Assembly: GCA_973895155.1 (NCBI GenBank)
Contig: OZ316891.1
Location: forward strand, 15,593,037 to 15,657,036
Length of the DNA stretch: 64,000 nucleotides
Direction of reading: 5' to 3'
From: Marsupella aquatica
Taxonomy: Eukaryota; Plantae; Marchantiophyta
Part shown: positions 24,901 through 34,034 of the stretch, piece by piece
How the letters are laid out: every line of letters starts with the position of its first letter
How positions within the stretch are numbered: the first letter of the stretch is position 1
The notes under the pieces: generated by a model
The model's input: the letters and a program-made list of their open reading frames with translations, nothing else
What the model was told of the DNA's origin: nothing
The model's database searches: none
Translations under genes and position numbers: made by a program

Positions 24901-26473
24901 AGGCAAGGATTTCTCAGTGAGGTTGGGTGGACCGTGCTTGGGATGCCTTGAGTGTCTTTGATAATTTTGTGGAACATCTGTGTTCCAGGGTGGCCCAGTC
25001 TACGATGCCACATCTCAGTAATGGATGGTGATGGTGAATCTACATGAAATGTATGTATCTCAATGGCGTAAAATCCCTGTTGAAAAGTTGTGAGTGTCTC
25101 CTTGACGTCTATGCCATGCTGTGTTTTGGCAACGATTTGGAGAACTTCCTGGGATTTATGGGTGCTAGTGTATATGTGCAGGTCATTGTCACGGATGTCC
25201 TTGAAGCTGAGGAGGTTCCGTGTGGCCTTGGGAGCGAAGATTGCGGATTTAATGTTGATAATTGTGCCCTTTGGCAGTATCAGAGTCGCAGGGCCATGTC
25301 CCTCTTCTAAGTTGTGGCTGCCCATTATTGTGGTGACTCGCCTCTGTGATGGGGTAATGTATTCAAAATAGTCTCTGGTCCGCAGTATCGAGTGGGAGGT
25401 TCCACTATCTAGTATGCAGTAGTTGGGGCCTTCAAGCGCTTTCGTCATTTCTGATTGTAGTGCTAGGTGTATTTCAGGGAGGATGTCGGGGGATCTAGGA
25501 ATGCTCCATGAGCCTCATATTGATCATTGTGTAGACTCTTCTGGTAGAGTTTGACTAGATGGGTTGGAGCCCTGCATATTCTCCTAATGTGGCCTTTAGT
25601 GCCACATCTATTGCAGATTGGTGAAGTGTCGGACTTATCTGAGTTGTATTGTCGATTGGAGTTTTGTTGTCTCTGCTGATTACTGTTGCTCCTTGTCCAG
25701 GTGTTGCGGAATGTGCTGCTTCCCCGACCCCGTCCTCCGCGGAATGAGTTTCTGCCACCTCGTTGGAAGTTGTTTCCTCGTCCTCTATATGAATTTCGTC
25801 CTCTGAAGTTCCGATTCCCTCGGAAGGTGCTTGCAGATCCCCTCCGCACATCATTAAAGTGAGCTTCTGGATTAGGATTTGGTGGGAGGGTGCCTGGTGG
25901 CCTCTGTTTGGTATTTTGTAATAGCAAAATTTGGTGTTTTTCCGCAAGCAACATGTGTGCAATTAACTCTGAGTAGGTTGTAAATCTCATATTGCGGTAT
26001 TGAGTTGATATTACCAAATTTGTTGAATGAAAAGTTGACAGGGTCTTCTCGATTTGTTCTTGTTCTCCAACCGGGTGGCCGCAAATTGCGAGTTGTGATA
26101 CAATGCGAAATAATTCGCTATTGTATTCGGGAATTGTCTTGTAGTCCTGTACCCGGAGGTTCACCCAGTCGTGCCTCGCTGCTGGTAGGAAGATTGTTCT
26201 TGTGTGGTCGAATCGAGCATGTAGTTCATCCCAGAGTTTCCGGGGATTATACTCATTCATGTACTATCTCTTTAGTGACTCGGCAAGGTGATGTCGTATA
26301 AATATGAGAGCTTGTGCCTTCTGCTGTAGGGTAGGCCCATTATCCGTAAGGATGGTGTCTTGTAGGTTTTTCGATGTGAGATGTGCCTCTGCATCGATGG
26401 TCCATGACAAGTAATTGGAGCCATCGATTGCTAGAGCTTGGAAATGTAACTTTTCTATCGTGTTATTCGTCAT
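21966..26473 (-). pseudogene. Disrupted gag-pol of the Bianca element
   Basis: Gag with zinc knuckle CNRCGTKGHIRRIC and a premature stop at 26264. Protease CILDSGTSH. Integrase WHRRLGHPG...CLAC, IHADVCGP, IRVDNAGEFTS with a frameshift at ~24752. Second frameshift at ~23.8 kb. RT YKARLVAKGFTQ, YGLKQSG* (stop at 23007), YVDDL. RNase H FADAGYLSD...SSNHSEIIAL, truncated after ECIWLR. Confidence 0.92.
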
Positions 26474-26830
26474 GTCGAGAGTTGTGATGGATTGAGACTA
26501 GGGTTGTCTCGCTCAGCTATAATGTTGGAACTAAATAGAATTTCGGGTTGTAAACTTGTGACTAATCGATCTGCTCTCAGCCGAAATAAATTTGGACAAA
26601 ATCTTTGTCGAATTGTGTCGAATTTTCGTGAGTTGATTCTATGGTTTCGACTCTGCCCTGATCTTGAATTGTCTAAACTGATTCGCTTCTGCTCATCTAT
26701 ATGGCTATGCAATTGAATGTGTGTGCAATGGTTGATGAAGATTCTCAAGGATGTCCACAAAAAACTGAATCCTGTCTAAGGCATCCTATTCGAGGGCCAT
26801 CCGAGGTGGGAGCTAAAAATTCGAGTACAA

Positions 26831-26844
26831 TCGTGCTGATAACG
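26831..26844 (-). promoter_or_regulatory. Primer-binding site complementary to the anticodon arm of tRNA-Ile (half-tRNA priming)
   Basis: The plus strand reads TCGTGCTGATAACG immediately next to the 5' LTR. From recall, plant cytosolic tRNA-Ile(AAU) has UCGUGCUAAUAACG across its anticodon arm. Confidence 0.8.
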
Positions 26845-27300
26845 TGTTCCACATTAACAATACTCTCCTTCATTACATTGTTAATACTTTATACATATGG
26901 CGGTTGCCATGAGATGGTTGCCTAAGTAGTTAGGGTTATAACCTCCTTGGGTTATAGTTCTAACCTTAGTTATATAGGTGTGGTAGACTTAACCTATGGT
27001 ATGCAACATATCCTTTGTTGCATAGGTCTAGTTTGAGTTTTCAAGGAAAAAAATTTGCTGACAAAAATTATCATGCATATCATCATTTTGAAATATAATA
27101 TCTTATCTTCTTTCACATAAATCTTGAGGAGGCCCTAGAGTCATGGCTAGAGGCTTCACTCTAGAAGCCTAGACCCCAACTTTAGTTTGTCATAGGAGTT
27201 AGTTATATAGTTGCCACACTTTTAGTTTATGGTTACCCCGGGTAGGTTGGTGAACTTTTGGTCCATATACCAAATACAAAAAACCTGTGACCATTTTGGT

Positions 27301-27539
27301 TATTGGAACATCTTTAGTGGCAACCTAGTTAAAAGTTGGAATGTGTAATGTCTTGCAAAGTTTAATATTATATTCCTTATACATCCATGGCGGATGTAAT
27401 CAGAGTGTATTATTGGATTTCTCTCATAGCCGTGGACGTAGCCCAGACGAGGTGAACCACACACTTTCACTATCGGAGTCTATGGATGTTGTTCACATGT
27501 GTTGATACTATCTCGTTTGGTCTAGATCATACCCCAACA
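27301..27539 (+). mobile_element. Degenerate Copia-type LTR fragment (left end approximate)
   Basis: cgtggacgtagccc...gaggtgaaccac box and tgttcacatgtg...ccccaaca end, matching the 3' end of the LTRs at 32645 and 39568. No TSD found. Confidence 0.6.
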
Positions 27540-27748
27540 TGAGACAGGTGAGGCCAACAACGTGCTAGAGCTCCTCCTCTCACCTGCTCACCCTCTCTCC
27601 TGAAGAGTGAACCTTCAGATGTGAGCACAAGTTTGTGTTCCCCTTGGGTATACCCTCTGTTGCGTCCCTAACCTGGGCCTTAAATCCAGTTTAGTGCCAT
27701 GGCACGACCTTGACCACCAGTAGGGGTGAGGGTTCGGGCAAGGAGGTG

Positions 27749-30700
27749 TGTAGTGACCCCGATTAGCCCTAAGTCGGGCTAAGTCGATATACTTACCGGT
27801 ATGATACTTAAGCAATTCGTACTAATCATAGGTATCTTTTATTTTCCACCGCTGGAATCTTCCCTCAGTTAGTGACTCGGACTAACTCCCGGTTTGGGGC
27901 TTTTCAAGCCATCGATGCAACAAAACCTTGCGACATACAATGGGTGGCAATCCCTACCATTAGTCCGCACCCGGTACGTCCCTTAAAATGGCGCCTTTGC
28001 CCAAACAAAGCATACACGCAACACCAGTTACTCTCAGAAACAAAAGAGGGAAAAGACTACATTTACTCAGTGAAGCATCAGTTTACATGGTTGACTCGAC
28101 TTCAAAGGGGGTTAGCAGGCCCAACGGCAGTCGATGCCCAGTCTCTACGAGGCCCCGCCTCGCACTTGCCCAACAAGCTCGACTCTGGCTCTCACTCCTT
28201 GGTGCGCTCTGACCCTGCTCAGGCCGGGACTCCCCGCGCCTCACCTTTCTTCTCCTGAGATAACTAAGCCTTCTCCCCTCCCATAGCGGAAGGGGAAGCC
28301 TAAATACTACAAATGCGGAAAAGAACCGGAGGATGCTACCTTCCGGGATAGTACCTACTGACTAACTACCTTCTGACTAACGGGCCGTGCCGCACTGACA
28401 AGTTGACCATCGACGACAAGGGTGCCGACCGGAATGGCAGCGGCCAAGCCTACTGACAAACTCTAGTCCGTTGATGGACTCCATCCTACGTTGGCTGATC
28501 CTAACTGATCCGGCCCTAATTCTTCCTACTGTCGCTAATCGGTGCCTAATGACAGCTATTTTGTCGTTACACCTAACCCAAAAGATGTCGATGTCTTAAC
28601 TGCCTCGCGCGGCGCCTGCTTCCACCCTTCGCTAACCACCCCTTACGTGTGGGCTGTGGTTGGACCAGGGCTGGTCCCCTTGTCGGGGCGAGGCCTCGAG
28701 CCGCCTTGATCAGAGGTGGGCCCAGGTTTTCCCCGTTGGAGGACGAGCAGGGTAACGCGGTCCTGCAAAGCCTTGTTGTCCCGTACTGCCTCCTCCGCCT
28801 CATTTGCAGCTTCATCTGCCTTGGTCTGGAGCCGCGCTACCTCCAGATTGAGCTGGTCGATGGAGTCGCGATGGATCTGGTCCTGCGCTAGCAATTTATC
28901 TCGTTTGGCGGAGAGACTAGCCACCTGCTGTTCTGCCTGCAAGAATTGTTTGTTGAGGTCGGTTAGGCTGGTAACCCGAGCTGAAGATTCTGAGCGTAAT
29001 TGAAGCACGGTGTCATCCAGCTTCTTGAGTTCGGCCTGCGCTCCGCTTAACTCCTGGGTGAGTCCGTCCCTCTGTTCGACGGTGTAGACTAACTCCTCAC
29101 GGCGGGTTGTTGCCTCCTCCTCGAGGTGCTCTATCAGCATCTGGAGGCACCCGATCTCATTCCCCTTCGCTATGAGTTCTTCTTCCAAGCGGCTTACGAT
29201 CCGTGGTTGGTGCTCTAACATGAAGAAGGCTGGTTGAAAGTACGCCGAGACTTGGTGTCCGATGTATGTTGCCAGCTCCCCAGACATAGTCTGGCTAAAC
29301 TTCTGGACCAGGTCGTAGGCCATGGTCCCCGGGGCTACTTGGTAGTCCTCCATCCTCTCGGGTATCGGTGGCTCCTCGGGTGGAGCAACGATCTCCTCTG
29401 TAGTCAGCGCTGGGGAGGGGAAGATATCTTCAGGTGGTGGAGGGATTGGGGGTGGTTGTACTGCGGGTAGTGGAGGCTCAACGGAAGGGGGCGGTGGAAT
29501 TTCCACAGGAGGAGGTGGCGGAGTATTAGTCGGGGCTTTCGGCTCGGGGTTTGCCCGAGGGATGGTAGTCCGCGTGCTCGGGGTTGCCTCCTCCGGGGCG
29601 GGGGTGATATTAGCCGGGGCTGAGGTGGCCATATTCTTTCCTCTGGCCTCCCGCCATGCCTTGTACCAGGCGAGGATAATGGCGATATGACGTCCCAAGT
29701 AAGTCTTCCCCCCAATAGCCATACCACCCTGAGCCCGCTTTAGCTCCCCCGAGAATCTTCGGTAGAAGAATTGGGCCCAGGTCCGCCGTTTGTACTGTTC
29801 CACCTGCACGATCGTGCAGAGGGAAATCTTGGATCGTGGCTCAATCATGTGTAGGGTAGTCCGTATGAAGTTAAGCCGCTCCATGCAGGTTAAGTTGGTG
29901 CACGCCCCCTGCTTGTATCCGTTGTCCGTCTTACCCTCGGGTTTGAAGTGTCGCGATGTATACTCCTTATCCCGAATTCGGATTTCAACCGGCACCGGCC
30001 CGGTTGGTAGGCAGAAGATTTGCGTTAACTGATGCTCCATGAGTGATAAGGCCTGCCCCGAAACCTTGGTGGTCGACGCATCAGTGTCAAAATTGGAGAT
30101 GAACTCATAAATCTCTTTCGGCGAGGCGGCGCATGGCCTCCATAGCAAGTGAGCGAACTGCTCCAACTGATGCTCCTTAAGATAGTCCGCATGTTCGAGT
30201 TTCTTGATCGCGATCCAGACTACTTTGGGGACGTAGATTACCTGTAATAAGTTGGACTTCGGGTTATCCGGGGGCTGTCGGGTCTGGTTGGTCGGGGGGT
30301 TTGCCAGGGCAGGTGCAGGCGCGGCGTTGGTTCGCGTTGTTGATTCAGGGGCCGTCGTAGTCCTTGGCCGCTTACGAGAATGTTGTTCGAGTTGTGGACT
30401 AACTCGCTCGGAACCCGAAGAACACTCTGTGTTGATTACTGGACGGACTTGGGACCGACTCGGCAATACGCCGGTGGTCATCGGCTGAGGCACTGGTGGT
30501 ATCGGGGTAGCCATATCCCAGTTGAAGGTGTTGGAGCTTTCCCCGAGGAACGTAAGATTACGTGTCGCTTCCCGTTGTCTGCTGATGTCTTCTTGGTGCT
30601 TTTCGGTTGCGATCTGCTGGTCTAGGTACCCTGGAATCTTGTCGAACTTCGCTTGAGTAAGCCGTTGGCTGCCCTTCAGCTTAAAGAACTTCGCTGGGAC

Positions 30701-31510
30701 CTCAAGAATTGCCTCTGCTACCGATCTAAGCCCTTCCTCGCTGAGATATAGTTCGGTGATGTAGTCTCGCAGCTCGTTGTAGCTGGAATCCCTGGTGATG
30801 GCTATCCTTTCGCAATTAACTAGTGCTACCTTGGTCACCAGCTTCGCGTATCTTCGTTCGTAAGCGGCTTTCTTGGGACAAGAGTACCAGTAAGTCTCGG
30901 AGAACTTAGCACCTACCTCGCCAAACAAGGTCCAAAATCCCAAGGCTGTGAGGGTCATACTAACCTCGTAGTCCGGTTCGTTGAGTCCGTGTTCCCACCC
31001 GACTGGTCCTCTTTCTCGTGGAGGCCTCGCTCGTCCTGACTAAATCTTGCCACATTCCGCTCTTCTCCCTCGATAATCTCCTTGTAAAGGTTGACTTGAT
31101 TCGATCAGAAGGGCGAGTGAGTGGCAACGTCCGCGAATTCAAAAAAGGTAGACATGAGCAAATGGCCTGCAGCACCATCGGCTCCTCTCTTATGGAGGTG
31201 CCCGGATGAGCCCGAGCGTGAGAAGGCCAGGCCGTTTGGTCATTGATAATGAGCTGAAGTCGGCGCCTCGGTCCAAGCGTGATTCCTCTAACTGATTTTT
31301 ACTCCGCTGCCGCCACCGTACCTCGGTCGTGCGTAATAATCCTCTTCCTGAACTCGTAATTATTCGGTCATTTTAACCTACTCCTAATCTATTCATAATG
31401 GCAACAGACGGCTACACGTGCTATTCTACGCTATGGCTACGGTCCTAATGCCCGTATAAGGCCTAATCTACGACTTGGGTTCTGTTAAGTGACACGTTAC
31501 CCGTGTCACA
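27749..31510. mobile_element. TG...CA-bounded GC-rich unit without gag/pol, carrying one long ORF (solo-LTR-like; boundaries tentative)
   Basis: Starts TGTAGTGACCCC and ends CCCGTGTCACA. Similar terminal signature to 52344-56429 read on the minus strand. No TSD found. Confidence 0.45.
28643..30958 (-). CDS. 771-aa intronless transposon-associated protein: plant-transposon/PMD-like central domain, Pro-rich linker, C-terminal coiled coil
   Basis: Uninterrupted 2.3-kb ORF. The central segment LKEHQLEQF...IYEFISNFD...VSGQALSL...LTQIFCLPTG...WAQFFY resembles extra-ORF proteins of Ty3/gypsy elements. Heptad-like E/L/Q-rich tail. Protein-like frames continue upstream to ~31240 via a frameshift and a stop. 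Confidence 0.7.
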   Translation of the reverse strand: MTLTALGFWTLFGEVGAKFSETYWYSCPKKAAYERRYAKLVTKVALVNCERIAITRDSSYNELRDYITELYLSEEGLRSVAEAILEVPAKFFKLKGSQRLTQAKFDKIPGYLDQQIATEKHQEDISRQREATRNLTFLGESSNTFNWDMATPIPPVPQPMTTGVLPSRSQVRPVINTECSSGSERVSPQLEQHSRKRPRTTTAPESTTRTNAAPAPALANPPTNQTRQPPDNPKSNLLQVIYVPKVVWIAIKKLEHADYLKEHQLEQFAHLLWRPCAASPKEIYEFISNFDTDASTTKVSGQALSLMEHQLTQIFCLPTGPVPVEIRIRDKEYTSRHFKPEGKTDNGYKQGACTNLTCMERLNFIRTTLHMIEPRSKISLCTIVQVEQYKRRTWAQFFYRRFSGELKRAQGGMAIGGKTYLGRHIAIILAWYKAWREARGKNMATSAPANITPAPEEATPSTRTTIPRANPEPKAPTNTPPPPPVEIPPPPSVEPPLPAVQPPPIPPPPEDIFPSPALTTEEIVAPPEEPPIPERMEDYQVAPGTMAYDLVQKFSQTMSGELATYIGHQVSAYFQPAFFMLEHQPRIVSRLEEELIAKGNEIGCLQMLIEHLEEEATTRREELVYTVEQRDGLTQELSGAQAELKKLDDTVLQLRSESSARVTSLTDLNKQFLQAEQQVASLSAKRDKLLAQDQIHRDSIDQLNLEVARLQTKADEAANEAEEAVRDNKALQDRVTLLVLQRGKPGPTSDQGGSRPRPDKGTSPGPTTAHT

Positions 31511-34034
31511 CCCTCTCCCATGGTCTATGGGAACCTGGAACTCAAACTAGTGTTATCCTAATATAGTGAAGTCTAGCTAGTACTATGGAAGTACATAGGT
31601 TATACTAGAGGCATAACCTAACAAACTCCCTCTTGACTCTAGTCCTCAGCTAACTACCTGGTAGTGTTACTTCTAACTATCCGTATGAATCTCTTCGGGA
31701 AGTTCTAGAAGGTAAAACCAATGAGTTTTCCCTTTATACCTGAGAGCTAACTAGAACTAAGTCGTAGCTTACAAATTGTCGAATAGAGCAGACATACATA
31801 AAAGTAAACTACCTACCTAGTACTAGCTCTTGTTACCCATATATATCTCCTTGGGAAATTCTAGATAGAAATCCTATGTTCCCCCCTTCTCCATGAGGGT
31901 TAACTAGAATTAGACAGTAGTCGGTACATATCGGATAGAGAATACGTATATAAGAAAACTAACACTAAGCATCCTTGTGCAAAATTTGAAGCCTTGCTTT
32001 GTGAAACTAGCCAAATGAATGACTTTGGTTAGCATATCAGCAAGATTGAATTTCCCATCAATCTTGATTAACTCAATCTCTTTCTCTTGTTGCTATCACA
32101 ATGAAGATCCACCTGTTCTTGTGGAATCCCCAAGTCATGAGCCAACTTCCCTAACCAAATAGCCTCCTTTGCTGTCTCTGTTGTTGCTACATACTCAGCT
32201 TCAATAGATGACTAGGATATGCACTTTTGCTTCATGGATCTCTAACTTACACATCCTCCTACCAATGTGAAAGAATAGTCGGTTGTAGAATTTTGTTGAT
32301 CTAAATCACCACCGTAGTCTGAATCCACATATCCAATTAGAGACATCGCATTATTTGAATGTGCATCAAACAACAAACCAACCTTAGATGTGCCATGTAA
32401 GTACATTAGAATCCATTTAACTGCTTCCCAATGTGTCTTCCCTAGGTTAACCAAGTACCTACTTACCACACCCACAACATGCGCTATGTCTGGTCAAGTA
32501 CTAACCATAAGGTACATCAAACTACCCAATGCAATGTCGTAAGGAATCTTAGACATCAACCCCTTTTCAATTGCATCTATGGGATAAGATGCGGCAGAAA
32601 GCTTGAAATATGTTGCTAGAGGAGTAGTTACAGCCTTAGCACTTTGTTAGGTATTGCTCTTAGTCTTGTGACTCTTGAGCTAACCACAGTTAGGCTAACT
32701 CAAATTAGTACTTAGCTAAGGTTAGCAGTAGTGCTGTTGTGTATATAGCCAGGGCTGGTGCCAGTCCTTGGTGGATCTTCAGTTCATTGTGGGAGTTTAG
32801 CAAGAGAGAAGTAAAGGTCTCTTGCTTTCCCGTGGACGTAGCCTCAGTCATGAGGTAAACCACGTACTCGCTGTGTCAACTATTTTGTATGGTGTTCACA
32901 TGTGCATGGTGTCTCGGGATAGGGATTATCCCCAACAAGTGGTATCAAAGCATGCATGGGAGGTGACATTGTGGTGACAAGAGTTTTCTTGTGTAATCGA
33001 CGGTCTAAAGATCCTGGGGGGATTTAGTCGCATGAAACTTGTTTGAGGGAGACTCATCGGATAAATCGTTGTGAGAGCTTTCTAACAGCGGTTAGAAATC
33101 ATCCATCGGATTTCTGAGTGAGAAATAATTGCAGAAATTGTTTTTTCGTGGAGTTTTCGTGTTCGACGGATTTTTTGTGGGTAGACCAGAGTTTATTTTT
33201 GCAACGGTGTGAGTTGTGCAATGTAGGAGGCTTCGCATGTTATAGCTCAAGTTGAAGGTTCAAGCGAGCTGGTCGTTTTGGTGCCTGGTGTGCTGGCATT
33301 TGTGGAGTGAGTGCATCGTGACGAGTGAAAGTTGAGCTCTGGTTTTTTGACAAGCTATGGTGCTTGTTTTTTCCCTGAACCGGATTACTCATCGTGACAC
33401 TTGACTCGGAGAAAGAAATGCAAAGTACTGAGGCTCAATGGAGAGATTGTGGTGAGGTGATCATTTTGAGTCAGGGATTGGCTCTTGACGTCGAAAGAGT
33501 AAGATGTGGCGGAGGTTTTTTCTTCTCTAGTGGAGCTGCAGACGTGTCGGTGCAATTCGGCAACATTTTCATGTCGGCGGTCATCACTTTTCTCATTGGA
33601 AACCGAAGCGGAGGCGGCTGAGGTTTGTAACACGACCTTTGTGTCATTTTTTGGCACATTTTAAGGTTAGTTTAGGGCATTTTTTGCCCCCATATGGCTC
33701 GTATAACTTCAAATCCTGACAAACATACTTTGCCATACGCCCTGACGTGCGCCCTGGCCTCCCACACCCCTATAAGTGCAAAAACGTGCATTTTTTGGTG
33801 CAAATATGGCCAAAAACGCCCTTATATGGCCCGATTACGCATAAATATGTGCATTTTGACCCCTTTAAACCCCATTTTTTTCACGTTTTTTGCCGCTTAT
33901 ATGTGATTCTGGCCGCAAATATGTGTGCTTTTTCTAGGGGCTTTAAGACCCCTTTAAAGTGTTTTTTTCTGAAATTTTTTAAGTGCAATATGATGGTGAG
34001 GAAGAGATTTCTATGAAGCAATGGAGACGAGCAA

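Larger units (their letters stand above)
21032..27008 (-). mobile_element. Full-length Ty1/copia LTR retrotransposon, Bianca lineage, defective
   Basis: LTRs at 26845-27008 (164 bp) and 21032-21206 (175 bp), TG...CA. TSD TATCC at 21027-21031 and 27009-27013. PBS cgttatcagcacga at 26831-26844; PPT agggggag at 21207-21214. Domain order gag-PR-IN-RT-RH. Bianca-like Gag start FQALAIDGSNYLSWTIDAEAHL. Confidence 0.95.
20727..27058 (+). mobile_element. Putative tRNA-derived SINE (~350 bp: 20727-21031 + 27014-27058) interrupted by the Bianca element
   Basis: A-box-like tggccacttgg and B-box-like gaggtctcacattcaatcccc at the 5' end. Internal 30-bp tandem duplication at 20927-20986. A-rich tract at ~27047-27053. 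Flanking near-direct repeat tgacaaaaa(a)tt at 20715-20726 and 27059-27069. Confidence 0.5.

Noticed and set aside
27589-31517. 9-bp direct repeat CACCCTCTC as a Mutator TSD around the 771-aa ORF
   Set aside because: Low-complexity word with no TIRs inside it; kept only as an alternative boundary.
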